Assembly: GCA_963921275.4 (NCBI GenBank)
Contig: OZ001293.3
Coordinates: forward strand, 6,016,001-6,080,000
DNA from: an uncultured Hormoscilla sp.
Lineage (GTDB): Bacteria > Cyanobacteriota > Cyanobacteriia > Cyanobacteriales > Desertifilaceae
Direction: 5' to 3'
Length of the DNA: 64,000 bases
Made by a program: the position numbers and the translations under genes. The number at the start of each line of letters is the position of its first letter. Position 1 is the first letter of the stretch. Below the pieces are notes generated by a model. The model saw only the letters and a program-made list of their open reading frames with translations, did no database searches and was not told the DNA's origin. Below, in pieces: positions 46,297 to 57,131 of this stretch.

Positions 46297-47526
46297 ATGA
46301 ACAGCCCGAAAGCGCTACAAGATGCTCAACAAGCACTTTTGCAGATTTTTCAAGCAATTGACGCTCAGGTCAAGGATAATCTCCAACGGGTCCTAGATGC
46401 TTTTCGGCGTCATCGCCTTGGGGCTCATCATTTTGCTGGCGTCACTGGCTATGGTCATGATGATTTGGGGCGTCAGACCTTGGATAAAGTGTTTGCTGAG
46501 GTTATGGGTGCGGCCTCGGCGATCGTCCGGGTGCAGTTTGTCTCTGGAACCCACGCGATCGCCTGTGGGTTGTTTGGGGTGCTGCGGCCTGGAGAGGAAA
46601 TGCTCTCGGTTGTTGGCGATCCCTACGACAGTCTTGAAGAGGTTATCGGTTTGCGGGGACAAGGTCAAGGTTCCTTAATTGATTTTGGTATTAATTACCG
46701 TCAGATGGATCTAACTCCGACTGGTACTGTGGACTGGCAGGCCCTATCGCAAGCTGTGACAGCAAAGACTCGTCTGGTCTTCATCCAGCGTTCCTGCGGC
46801 TATTCCTGGCGTCCCAGTCTCTCGATCGCCGATATCGAACGCATCGTGCAGTTGGTTAAACAACAAAATCCTGACACGATCTGCTTTGTCGATAACTGCT
46901 ATGGCGAGTTTATCGAAGACCGGGAACCACCGGCTGTAGGAGCAGATCTGATTGCGGGTTCTACGATCAAAAATCCTGGGGGGACGATCGCCCCATCTGG
47001 GGGTTACATTGCGGGTCGAGAAGACCTAGTAGAAACAGCTGCCTGTCGCCTGACGGTACCGGGAACTGGCAGTACGGGAGGGGCGACGTTTGACCAAAAT
47101 CGGCTCATGTTTCAAGGCTTATTTTTGGCTCCGCAAATGGTGGGAGAAGCGATGAAGGGCAATCACCTGACTGGCTATCTGTTCGATGGCCTGGGCTATC
47201 GAGTCAATCCTACACCAATGGCGAAGCGCCGGGATATCATTCAGGCTATTCAACTGGGTTCAGCAGCCAAACTGATTGCCTTTTGTCGGGCCATTCAGCA
47301 GCATTCCCCTGTAGGTTCCTATCTCGACCCGGTTCCAGCGGAATTTCCTGGTTATGAAAGTCAGTTGGTGATGGCCGGGGGCACATTTATTGATGGCAGT
47401 ACCTCTGAGTTTTCTGCGGATGGCCCCTTGCGGGAACCATATATTGCCTTTTGTCAGGGGGGGACTCATTGGACTCATGTGGCGATCGCCCTAGAAGCTG
47501 CCATTGCCGCAGTTGGGCCAGCTTAG
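46297..47526 (+). CDS. PLP-dependent methionine gamma-lyase family (YnbB/aluminium-resistance) protein
   Basis: TGYGHDDLGR, FVSGTHAI, VDNCYGEF, GS.IKNPGG, SADGP. Confidence 0.9.
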   Translation: MNSPKALQDAQQALLQIFQAIDAQVKDNLQRVLDAFRRHRLGAHHFAGVTGYGHDDLGRQTLDKVFAEVMGAASAIVRVQFVSGTHAIACGLFGVLRPGEEMLSVVGDPYDSLEEVIGLRGQGQGSLIDFGINYRQMDLTPTGTVDWQALSQAVTAKTRLVFIQRSCGYSWRPSLSIADIERIVQLVKQQNPDTICFVDNCYGEFIEDREPPAVGADLIAGSTIKNPGGTIAPSGGYIAGREDLVETAACRLTVPGTGSTGGATFDQNRLMFQGLFLAPQMVGEAMKGNHLTGYLFDGLGYRVNPTPMAKRRDIIQAIQLGSAAKLIAFCRAIQQHSPVGSYLDPVPAEFPGYESQLVMAGGTFIDGSTSEFSADGPLREPYIAFCQGGTHWTHVAIALEAAIAAVGPA

Positions 47527-47540
47527 TCATCCCGCAGGGG

Positions 47541-48063
47541 GTTTAACTCGTTCCTATTTTTGAGGCTCTGCCTCCTGAGATTGCCTCATTTATCCTCTGG
47601 CAATCACATGCACCAACCATGTCAACGGACATAATATCATCGGGGGCAGTCCCCTCCCACCAAGGGTTCCGAGGCGGAGCCTCGGAACCAGGCCGAAGGA
47701 GTTCGGAGTTTAACTCGTTCCATGACTCCGGCATGGAACGTATTTTTGAGGCTCTGCCTCCTGAGATTGCCTTATTTATCCTCTGGCAATCACATGCACT
47801 AAACATGTCAACGGACATAATATCATCGGGGGCAGTCCCCTCCCACCAAGGGTTCCGAGGCGGAGCCTCGGAACCAGGCCGAAGGAGTTCGGAGTTTAAC
47901 TCGTTCCATGACTCCGGCATGGAACGTATTTTTGAGGCTCTGCCTCCTGAGATTGCCTTATTTATCCTCTGGCAATCACATGCACCAACCATGTCAACGG
48001 ACATAATATCATAAGAGGCAGTTCCCTCCCACCAAGGGTTCCAAGGCTCCGCCTTGGAACCAG
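47541..48063. repeat. Tandem array of a 186-bp palindromic element (about 3 units)
   Basis: Units start at 47541, 47708 and 47894; contain GAGGCTCTGCCTC/GAGGCGGAGCCTC, also seen near 20415, 20605 and 35343. Confidence 0.85.
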
Positions 48064-48092
48064 AAAAGGGGGGCGATCGCCCCCCTTTTCTG
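48061..48092. terminator. Perfect palindrome centred on HIP1
   Basis: CAGAAAAGGGGGGCGATCGCCCCCCTTTTCTG. Confidence 0.55.
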
Positions 48093-48164
48093 TCGTCCTA
48101 CAACCATCAACATTTAATATTGAATGCGATCGGGAGTTTGACCCTTCTGGACATTTTTCTCCTA

Positions 48165-48635
48165 AGCGCTATTGGAAAAACTGAATACCCTACCTATCTT
48201 TCGTAGACAAATACGCGCCTGGCTGAAGGCAGGTGTGATAGATGGGAAGAAAATGTTTGAGACAGAGGAAGGAACTCCCCAGGGTGGGGTTATATCGCCT
48301 TTGTTGGCAAATGTGGCCCTACATAGACTAGAGGAGGAAGTAAAATCCTTGGCAGGAAAAAACACAGTTAAACAGAAAGAAAGGAATGCGAACTAACGTT
48401 CAGAGAAGGAGATAGATGGGAAGTAGACCACATCGAACCGCTATCATTGGGTGGTAAAGACCGGTGGGATAACATCCAGCTATGACACAAACATTGTCAC
48501 CACAGAAAGATAACCAGAGATGGAAGTCGTCGTATTATTGACTTGGATGGCATTATCGAGGAGCTGGATGAGGTGAAAATCTCACGTCCGGTTTTGAATA
48601 CTCCTCGGTCCGGTAACTCCCTGGCTTAGTTTAAA
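48165..48635 (+). pseudogene. Internally deleted group II intron RT remnant with domains V/VI
   Basis: GTPQGGVISPLLANV fragment joined directly to an HNH tail (WEVDHIEPLSLGGKD..NIQL*HKHCH), then GAGCTGGATGAGGTGAAAATCTCACGTCCGGTT...GGCTTAGTTTAA. Confidence 0.88.
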
Positions 48636-49237
48636 GCTATGACGACTGGGATATGTCAAAACCAGAGAAGGTTATGTACAAACATGGCCATTTTTGGTTC
48701 ATAATTGACTAAAATAGGTATATACTTGGCCAAGCTAAGTATATACTAAACTATGTTAAATATATACTAAACTATGTATTAATAAAAATAAGCTAAATAT
48801 TAGCAAAATTAAAATAAATATTAGCAAAATTAAGGCAAATTTTGACAAAAATAAGCCAGGTTTAAGCAAAACTAAATTGAGTGAGTTATACAAATTAAAA
48901 AGGCTGATAGCCTTGCCAGCCTTAGCTTATAGAATCTGGCGAGCCTCGTAATATTCTTAATAAAAAGTTACAGTTGATAATCCCCATCTATTTTCTCAAT
49001 TTAATAACTACGAAGCACTCCCTGCACTGTTCCGGAAAAATCGGAGATCCCGGGTAGGGAGTCCGGAGTTGCCAGATCCGTCGTTAGACTCACTATACCA
49101 TAAACGAGGCGAGGTTATCGCCTTTATTCCTGTCCTCCTAGAACGACAATTAACTATCAACATTTTGTGAATAGCTAATTGTAAATGACTAATTGCCACT
49201 CTCAATTCTTAATTCTCTCCGAACCATTCTCAACTCT

Positions 49238-49712
49238 CTATGAACCATCAGCATATGCTGCCGATGGCATGGGCACTTCCTTCACCGTTGGTAGCTGACT
49301 TAGGGTGAGACGGGTAGTGGTGGTGCCACCTGAGAGTTTATTGAGGAGTTTGGGTTTGGGGTCGTGGATTGAAGATAGGGCAGATCAGGCGATCGCCCGG
49401 TTGCCAAGGTTGTCCAGCCCGTACCACTTGTAGCATGTTTTGCCGTTCTAGCAACAGGGGCACTACCTTGCCCGCATCAATTAATGCTTGCAGATAAGTC
49501 TGTTGAAAGGCAAACCCCGGATCTTGAAGCACCGTTTCCACCAACTTCACTTGGCCGTCATCCAGATACTGGTTCCAATTCTTCAAGGGTAAATCAAAAG
49601 TCAGGGCGGGCTGAACTTTGCTGGATGTAGACTTACGTTGAGGATTTTTAGGAAACACGGCCAAGACTCGGGGCGGATCGAATTCCTCTGCGGCCCGCTG
49701 TGCTAACATCAC
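49238..49712 (-). pseudogene. Cation:proton antiporter, C-terminal fragment
   Basis: LAQRAAEEFDPPRVLAVFP...VVPLLLER...WQPGDRLI resembles the tail of cyanobacterial CPA1 antiporters. Confidence 0.7.
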
Positions 49713-49730
49713 TACTTGTGACCCACTACC

Positions 49731-50499
49731 GAAATATGATTAGTTTTTCCAGTTTCTTTACCTACTGCTTTATGACGCTTTTTGGGAATTACTTGTTATA
49801 TGCTTCCCAAAAATCAGTGTAACAAACCACACATTGTCGATAGACACTCGGTAAAGATTTCCACAATTGTTTTGCTGATTCACGACTGCGCTTGCCCACA
49901 TAAACTCCTACAATTTCTCTTGTTTTTGTATCAAGCGCCAACCAAATCCATTGCTGGTTTTCTTTATTCCCAACAAAAGACCACATTTCATCACATTCAA
50001 TAGTCAATTTACCTTTTTGCTTGTCTGAAACCTTTATCTGACGGGGAGTTTCGGCATATTTTTTATTAACATACTTCTGCAACCATGTTTGTGAAATCTT
50101 TACTCGACGCGCAATACCTGCCAAAGATATTCTTTCAAGTAAGAGCGCATCTATATTCTTTTTCTTTTCAGACGATATCCGCTTTATTATCGGATTTTCA
50201 ATAAATTACCTGCCACATTTTTTACAGAGATATTTTGGCTTTTTATTATGAGTACTACCATTTTTTACTGTTCGCTCACAATTACAATAAGGGCAATTGG
50301 GTCGCGACCCTAAATATGATGATGTGTTCATAAGTCTATACTAGCTTTTGACTAATAACAATCTAGCATTTTCTGATGCGCTCTATATGAGAATATTTTA
50401 TCCCTGCTATAAATTTGGCTAATTTATCAAGAGAAAAAATGTTATATCATTCCTAAGAAAAGTAAGGATTAATAGAGGGATGGAATGTTCTATCACTAC
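49731..50499 (-). mobile_element. IS1-family element, truncated
   Basis: InsA-like CPYC...KNG....K.KYLCKKCGR*; InsB-like IECDEMWSFV..K...WIWLALD, YTDFWEAY, GKETGKTNHI then breaks off. Confidence 0.85.
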
Positions 50500-50514
50500 A
50501 TATTTATCAATACC

Positions 50515-50959
50515 AAAAAATGCTCCCCATTGGCAGATATATCACCAACGAGAGTATAGATAGGCCGGAGGCTCGCCTTGTCGCACGACCGGTAGTAACA
50601 TGTTTTCTGAGGAGGGAAGAGGATCTGGAATCCCCTCGACCTCTAATATTATCTCTGTCGCTACCGGTGATTTATAAGCGCGGACCATGCTGGGGGTTAC
50701 GGGGCTGCACACTGATCATTTGCTTAAATTTTGAAATATTTTGTTGCAAAAGTTTACGTGCTTGGGAGATATTCTGGGTTTTTTTCCGCTAATATGGTTA
50801 GAGAAAGTCCCCCAGAAGGAATAGTTGAGCGAACAGACAGGAAAAAAATACTCCCTATTGGCAGATATACCACCAACGAGAGTATAGATAGGCCGGAGGC
50901 TCGCCTTGTCGCACGACCGGTAGTAACATGTTTTCTGAGGAGGGAAGAGGATCTGGAAT
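50515..50959. repeat. About 115-bp direct repeat x2 (50515-50631 and 50843-50959)
   Basis: ATTGGCAGATA..CACCAACGAGAGTATAGATAGGCCGGAGGCTCGCC...GAGGATCTGGAAT. Confidence 0.9.
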
Positions 50960-51098
50960 ACCCCCCCATCCCTAATTATCCAACAGCTGCCATCGGCCGT
51001 TTCCTTCCGGTCACGGGCGATGCTAGGTCGAAAAGGCGGCAGTACGCCAGATGTTTGCTTTAACTTGAGAAAGATTTCTTTACAATGGAGATAAATTG

Positions 51099-52102
51099 AT
51101 GAAAACTATTCCAGCCGACTATATCTTCTCCGAACAAGAGAATGCGAGAATCACGCAAAGACTCCTATCAGTCAAGACCAATCCTTATAAGGACTATGCT
51201 AGATCCAGAAGGATATTTGGGAAGTAATTGCTGAGGGTAACGTAATTCCACAGGATTTCACAAACTTTTGCCATGCACGTTACTACGCAAATCAGTTTGA
51301 AGAGCCGTATGTCTACCTACGTAACTGTCCGGTTGATCCGGATTTACCTGAGCTAGATTTAGATAACCCAGTAGTGGATAAACGAAACCGTAAATTGACT
51401 TATGTTGCTGAGGGATTTCTTCTGATTTATGCAAGGTTAGCAGGTCAGGAGCCAATTGGTTACATAAACGTCAACGATGGTGATATATTCCAAGACATTC
51501 ACCCAATGAAATCGCTGATGGATACGCAGTCTCAGAAAGCCTCCAAATCGATTTACTTTCATAAAGATCTCGCTAATCACTTTGTGCGACCTGATTGGGT
51601 CAATATCCTGGGCCTTCGGGGCTCAACTGAAAACGAAATCTATACTTCTTTCGTCCGGAACAAAGACCTCATCGAGTATCTCGATCCGCAGGTAGTTAAG
51701 CAGCTCAGGAAACCGGACTTTTACACGCCTTTTGACGATCTAACCCTTGCATCTTCAAATAAAGAACAAGGGCGCGCACCGGAGCACCCAGTGCTTGGTG
51801 GTGCGGAAAGCTACGACATCCGCTTTTTTGAAAACCGTACCATTGGTATCAATAAAAAAGCTCAGGAAGCTATCGCTGAAGTAGTGCGTGCTCTACACAT
51901 ATTGAAAAAACCTCTGTTAATTTTGAAAGGTGACTTCATTGGCTCAGCTAACAACGAGTGCATTCATAACAAGGATGTGGTACATATAGGTAACGAAAAA
52001 GCTGTTTATAATCGCTGGCTTATGAAGACTGTAAATGTTAAATCACTTGATGCTCACAAGACTCATATGCGCAATGGTGAAATTAGAATCGTTGATGGTT
52101 AG
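51099..52102 (+). pseudogene. Fe(II)/2-oxoglutarate dioxygenase (clavaminate synthase/TauD-like) with one frameshift near 51204
   Basis: ATG 51099 with GGAG RBS; the second frame is open through LRNCPVDPDLP, HKD (HxD), CIHNK and RWL. Confidence 0.65.
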
Positions 52103-52245
52103 TGCTACAGCAAGCAGTCATGAATGTGAGGTCTAAATCCCTGTGAACCCATACTATTTGAAAATCATTTCACAATCAGAGCTGTTTGCTGTACGAACCA
52201 GTATGTTTTCGGTTTGGTAGAATTTGAGATGAAATCCTGCGAAAT

Positions 52246-55200
52246 ATGAATGAATTTGTCACACACTTTGATTTGCGAAATTACTTGTTCGCTGGTGCGC
52301 TGCAGAACCCTGCAGTCGAATACGGCAATGACGCGATCGCATACAATAATATTATAGAGCGCATCGAGCAACGTACTAAGGCATTTCTTCCTTTTCTTAA
52401 GACTGGAGACATAGTCGCCATAAATCGGCCGAAATCTCCTGAATATGTCGTTGATTTTCTTTCGGTTCTATTTTGCGGCGGCATTGTAATGCCCATCGAC
52501 GGTGCTCTGCCAGCATATCGGCGCTCTCAAATGGTAAATATTGTCCGGCCGCGTGTCCTAATTGCTGCTGATGGGAATATTACGCAAGACAGAAGCGTTC
52601 AACCATCGGCTGTTTCAATGAACGGGCCGTGTCCGGACAAGGGTACGGCGAATAGCGCGCCCTCCGGACACGGTAGACGAGCAGCTTACGTTTTTTTTAC
52701 TTCTGGAAGCACCGGTCGGCCCAAGGCAATTTTAGGATCTTTGGATGGGCTAGTCGAGTTTATCCGCTGGCAAGGAAAAGAGTTCAAGATTGGTCCAGCC
52801 GATCGCGTGTCATTTCTAACTGGGCTTGGGTTCGACGTGTCTCTACGCGATATCTTACTCCCCCTTATGCATGGTGCAACGCTTGTTATTCCAAGTGAGA
52901 ATGATTTAGCGAGTCCTCAAAGCACTGTTGCCTGGCTTGTGGAACGCGGGATCACAAGGACTCATGCCGTTCCATCCGTCGCTCGAATATGGGCACGCGC
53001 TCAGCAAGATGATAGACTTGCTCTAAAAACGCTGTTTTTAGCTGGGGAAAAGCTCTTAGCTGTCGCTGTCGATGAGCTTCGCCAGGCTTTTCCTAACATC
53101 ACAGAGTTCGTGAATCTGTATGGGCCGACCGAAACTACCCTAGCCAAGTTCTTTTTTCGTGTGAAACCCGAGATCAATTACCCTAACGGAGAAATTCCAG
53201 TAGGTTTACCTATACCTGGAGCTGATTTCAGACTTTCTGGGAATGGTGAGGTAGGAGAAATCGTCATCTCCACGCCACATGCAAGTTTCGGGTATATAAA
53301 TGCTTCTGAAGAGGAGAATAGTCGGTTCACTGTCGCCGATGGACTGACAACATATTACACTGGTGACTTGGGACGCATCACTAATCAGGGTGAGTTGGTC
53401 GTCGTCGGACGGATTGACGATGAATTGAAGGTTAACGGAGTTCGCGTGCATCCAAATGAGGTGGAGTATGCACTCAGTCGTCTTGACATGATCGATGATG
53501 TTGCAGTAGTTGGTGTCAAGCTAACTGAAGACAGCGAGTCTCGACTCGCTGCATTTTGGACCGCGAAAGCAGAAGTTGACACCTGTGCAGCAGATGCACC
53601 ACGCTCAGACGCTCTGACATATCTGCCGCAAGCTATCGTGCCGACTATCTGGCGGCTGTTAGACTTGTTGCCGCAAAACGCGAACGGCAAAATCGACCGC
53701 GCCTCTCTTCGAAAACATCTTTACCAGAGCACTACAACTACTCAAGCGCCAGTCACCGATACTGAGAAATGGGTGCTGGACGCTGTTGCGAACATTTTGT
53801 CAATCCCGACGCCAGGGATCGAAGACAACGTTTTTGCATTGGGTTGCACATCCCTGCATATCGCCTTTCTGATTGGTAGAATCGAAGATGACCTGAAAAA
53901 ATCGCTCGAATTCTCTGATTTGTTCAGAACCTCCGTCCTGAAAGATATCGCTGCGACGATCGACGCTGCGCCTGCAAAAGAAGCTTTCCACATCCCTCCC
54001 ATCGGGGAGAAAAATCGGTATCATATGTCGCCACAGCAGCGCCGCTGGTGGAACATATACATGCCTAAAGGAAACCGCTCTTGGGCAACAATGGTACGAG
54101 TTGTTCGATTTGATAAGCTAGTTGAAGCGAACACAGTGCGTGAGGCACTCTTCAAACTTGTCGTTCAGCAGGACTCGATGGGCCTTTGGTTTGATGAAAG
54201 CGGCCCTGACATAATGCTCGCGAAAGTGGTTTGTCCCTCACTAGCAGATATCGACGTCGCACAACACGATCTTTCATCCCTGTCGCAGCAAGACGCCGAC
54301 AGCGCACTGAATGACATTCGGCTCCGTGTTGCTAATAGTGAGATTGATACTGGCAAGTGGCCACTGTTTCGCGTGCATCTCGTTGCCCTTCCTGACCAAA
54401 AATCCACTGTAATTTTCGCGATTCACCACATGGTCAGCGATGGCTTCTCAATGGGGTTGATTGAAAACGCTCTTCACTGCGCAGTGGCCGGCAACGATCC
54501 GAAAAGGCCACTGCTGGCGTTCAACTACTTGGATTATGCAGCCTGGGCTACCGATCGCGAACTTCATACCTTCGGTGATAGATCGCCAGCAAAAGACTAT
54601 TGGCAGGATGTGTTTAGAGCGCCCTATAAAAAACACATCTTCCCAGAGCTTTGGCAGGGGCCCGATCGCGATCGAGGGCAGGGATACTGCCGTGAAGTTC
54701 CACAAACGTTACGCGCGGCTATTACGAAGCTTTCCCAGCAAGAGCATGTGACGGAATTCAGCATTTATTTGGCCGCTAAGATGCTTGCCTGGCATCATCT
54801 TTTGAAGCAGGACGATCTGGTGATTGGTACCCCAGCTGCCGGACGCGATATTCCAGGCACACAGGAGCTGATCGGGAATTTTATTTCACTGGTATGTATT
54901 CGCAGCCGATTACAAAAAGGTTTGTCTCACATCGAATATGTAAGACAAATTATGCAATCGGTGGCGCTGGGTATGACTCACCAAAATTATCAGTACGACC
55001 GTCTAGTAAAAGATCTCGGCATGGAATTTGAGCAAGCACGGTTTCCACTCACGACGATCTTTATCAGTTATTTGAATTTTGAAGCCATGCGGTCCACCCC
55101 CTTGTCTCACAGGGAACTTGGCTTCTCAGACCTGGGTTTCGCCGTGAAATTTGACTTGATGTCATATGTGCGGGAACACAAGGATGCGACCAGTCTCCAA

Positions 55201-55299
55201 GTTCAGTATCGCAATAATCTCTTTGAAAAGCCCAAGGTTGAAGAATTTGTTGATACCTGGCTGTCTGAATTGGCTCGAGTCACAGCTTCAGAGAGATGA
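52246..55299 (+). CDS. Single-module NRPS with A-T-C architecture and no thioesterase
   Basis: YVFFTSGSTGRPK, FDVS, NLYGPTE, YTGDL, GRIDD..K..G.R, NGKIDR; PCP LGCTSL; C-domain HHMVSDG. Confidence 0.92.
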   Translation: MNEFVTHFDLRNYLFAGALQNPAVEYGNDAIAYNNIIERIEQRTKAFLPFLKTGDIVAINRPKSPEYVVDFLSVLFCGGIVMPIDGALPAYRRSQMVNIVRPRVLIAADGNITQDRSVQPSAVSMNGPCPDKGTANSAPSGHGRRAAYVFFTSGSTGRPKAILGSLDGLVEFIRWQGKEFKIGPADRVSFLTGLGFDVSLRDILLPLMHGATLVIPSENDLASPQSTVAWLVERGITRTHAVPSVARIWARAQQDDRLALKTLFLAGEKLLAVAVDELRQAFPNITEFVNLYGPTETTLAKFFFRVKPEINYPNGEIPVGLPIPGADFRLSGNGEVGEIVISTPHASFGYINASEEENSRFTVADGLTTYYTGDLGRITNQGELVVVGRIDDELKVNGVRVHPNEVEYALSRLDMIDDVAVVGVKLTEDSESRLAAFWTAKAEVDTCAADAPRSDALTYLPQAIVPTIWRLLDLLPQNANGKIDRASLRKHLYQSTTTTQAPVTDTEKWVLDAVANILSIPTPGIEDNVFALGCTSLHIAFLIGRIEDDLKKSLEFSDLFRTSVLKDIAATIDAAPAKEAFHIPPIGEKNRYHMSPQQRRWWNIYMPKGNRSWATMVRVVRFDKLVEANTVREALFKLVVQQDSMGLWFDESGPDIMLAKVVCPSLADIDVAQHDLSSLSQQDADSALNDIRLRVANSEIDTGKWPLFRVHLVALPDQKSTVIFAIHHMVSDGFSMGLIENALHCAVAGNDPKRPLLAFNYLDYAAWATDRELHTFGDRSPAKDYWQDVFRAPYKKHIFPELWQGPDRDRGQGYCREVPQTLRAAITKLSQQEHVTEFSIYLAAKMLAWHHLLKQDDLVIGTPAAGRDIPGTQELIGNFISLVCIRSRLQKGLSHIEYVRQIMQSVALGMTHQNYQYDRLVKDLGMEFEQARFPLTTIFISYLNFEAMRSTPLSHRELGFSDLGFAVKFDLMSYVREHKDATSLQVQYRNNLFEKPKVEEFVDTWLSELARVTASER

Positions 55300-55434
55300 G
55301 GGGATACGAGCAAGATACGTGTAAAATAGTGCCACCTCTCCTGAAAGCCTTTCCCAGACTGACTTTCAGATTACTCAATAACTGATGACACGTCCCCCCT
55401 TTTTCTCCAGAAAACTCGATCTACTAAATCTTTT

Positions 55435-56343
55435 GTGCAACAGGTACAGATTATGTTTCCATATGCTGGCGAAGGCTTTGCGCTTGCGGCAGCCCTTTGT
55501 TGGGCAATTGGCCCCCTTATCGCCTATCGTGGCGTCGAAGCGCTGGGAACTTTTCGTTTCTCGATGTTTCGCTTCGCTCTGTCTGCCACTTCACTCTTTA
55601 TCTTAGCAGCAACTTTAGAGTCGCTTGACTTTTCTAACACGCGTACGGTCCTACTCTTAACTATTTCGGGTATTGTAGGCATCGCATTTGGTGAAGCATG
55701 TCTCTTTCAGGCAGTTTATTTTCTCGGGCCTCGCATCGCCTCTATCATCTTTTCTTTGCACGCACCACTGACTGCGTTCGTCGGCGCGGCAATTTTTAGT
55801 GAAACAATCTCAGCCGTTGCGCTCAGCGGCATATTACTCTCGCTCGGCGGTGTTTACATGGCAATTTTCTTTCGCTCTCAGTCAGAGGTGTCCGGCGGCG
55901 AGTGGTATAAACCTAGTAAGAATACGGGCGGACTTCTACTCGTTGGACTAGCTGTTATCTTTCAGATAATAGGAGCGCTTCTGTCAAAAGAAGTAATGTC
56001 TAATACTTCGCCTTTTTTTGCATCATTTCTTCGTACAGCTAGTGTGACCGTTGCTTTTGCGCCAATCTTCATCACTTTGCGTGAGCGGAAGCGAATAGTG
56101 CAATTCAGTGACTTCAAGTTTGTGGCATTGAGTGCGTTTGTCAGCACTATTGGCGGTATGACGTTTTTATTAGCAGCATTTGCCAATACCGAGATTTTCC
56201 GTGCAGTTATACTTGCCTCTTTATCACCAGTCCAATACATTATAATTATGTCGATATGGCGTAGAGAAAACTTCCCTTTAGGTGCATGGATTGGCACCTT
56301 TGTAACCCTAGTTGGCGTCGTAATGACCATAGGAAGTGCATGA
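55435..56343 (+). CDS. EamA/DMT family exporter
   Basis: ALAAALCWA, about 10 TM segments in two repeats, FSETIS. Confidence 0.85.
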   Translation: MQQVQIMFPYAGEGFALAAALCWAIGPLIAYRGVEALGTFRFSMFRFALSATSLFILAATLESLDFSNTRTVLLLTISGIVGIAFGEACLFQAVYFLGPRIASIIFSLHAPLTAFVGAAIFSETISAVALSGILLSLGGVYMAIFFRSQSEVSGGEWYKPSKNTGGLLLVGLAVIFQIIGALLSKEVMSNTSPFFASFLRTASVTVAFAPIFITLRERKRIVQFSDFKFVALSAFVSTIGGMTFLLAAFANTEIFRAVILASLSPVQYIIIMSIWRRENFPLGAWIGTFVTLVGVVMTIGSA

Positions 56344-56415
56344 GTGACACCTAACATAATCTCTCACCACATCAAATTCATAGAAATTACGATGAAATGC
56401 ATCCCCAAACCCAAA

Positions 56416-57052
56416 CTAGCCGCTCATGAATTCATGGAAAAAGTGCTGCTCATTCTGATGCTGGCATGGACTTATTCTTGGTAAGAATGGACTTATTCTT
56501 GGCGGATCGGCATCGCCGCCATTTAAGACCACATCTAGCACTAAGACAGCCAGAATAGCTCCCACTGGGTCGATCAGCACCCCTTCACTTTCCAGTAAAG
56601 TGGCTACTTGCCGATCGACCTGTACCTGCTTGAGCAGCGGACCAATCACCGTCGGTCCGGTGACCACCACCAAAGAGGCGTAGAGAAAGGCCAGCGGCCA
56701 GGGGAATTCGGCTAAGAAATGAGCAGCAACTCCACCTCCAATGAGAGTGATTATAGGCCCGATCGTGACTAAATTCCGGAGACTGCTAGAAATTTTACTC
56801 AAGTCTCGCACTTTCAGATTTAGTCCCCCTTCAAACAGAATTAAAGCAACTGACAGAGAGACAATCACTTCTAGACCATCTCCCAGCAACTGGGGATGAA
56901 CCAAACTCAAGCCATCTGGTCCCAAGAGGACGCCGAACAATAGTAAGAATACGATGCCGGGGACTTTCAGATATTTACCCAGCACTTGAGCGGCGATGCC
57001 TGCCATGACCGTAATCACCATCAGCACAGTAATATCAAAAGGTGCTTCCATA
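56416..57052 (-). pseudogene. Cation:proton antiporter (CPA1), N-terminal fragment
   Basis: KVPGIVFLL, LFEGGLNL, VTGPTVIGPLL, ESEGVLIDPVGA, then abruptly non-homologous. Confidence 0.85.
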
Positions 57053-57131
57053 ATGCAATGTTTTGTTTGTTGTCGCCCAGTTTGTTGTGGCGCTAAAGCG
57101 CCAGAGATGGGCATTGCCCACCCTACGCTAC

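Noticed and set aside
47543..48014. ORFs 47543..48004 (-) and 47619..48014 (+)
   Set aside because: Translations of a non-coding 186-bp tandem repeat
48700..48900. AT-rich short-period repeats as a replication origin
   Set aside because: No DnaA-box cluster or rep gene; resembles degenerate cyanobacterial short tandem repeats
49010..49150. Possible structured RNA (GTCGTT/AACGAC stem)
   Set aside because: No recognisable riboswitch or ncRNA motif and no second copy to support it
50515..50959. Direct repeat as a DGR TR/VR pair or hammerhead ribozyme
   Set aside because: The few differences are not adenine-specific; CTGAGGA is present but there is no correctly placed GAAA core
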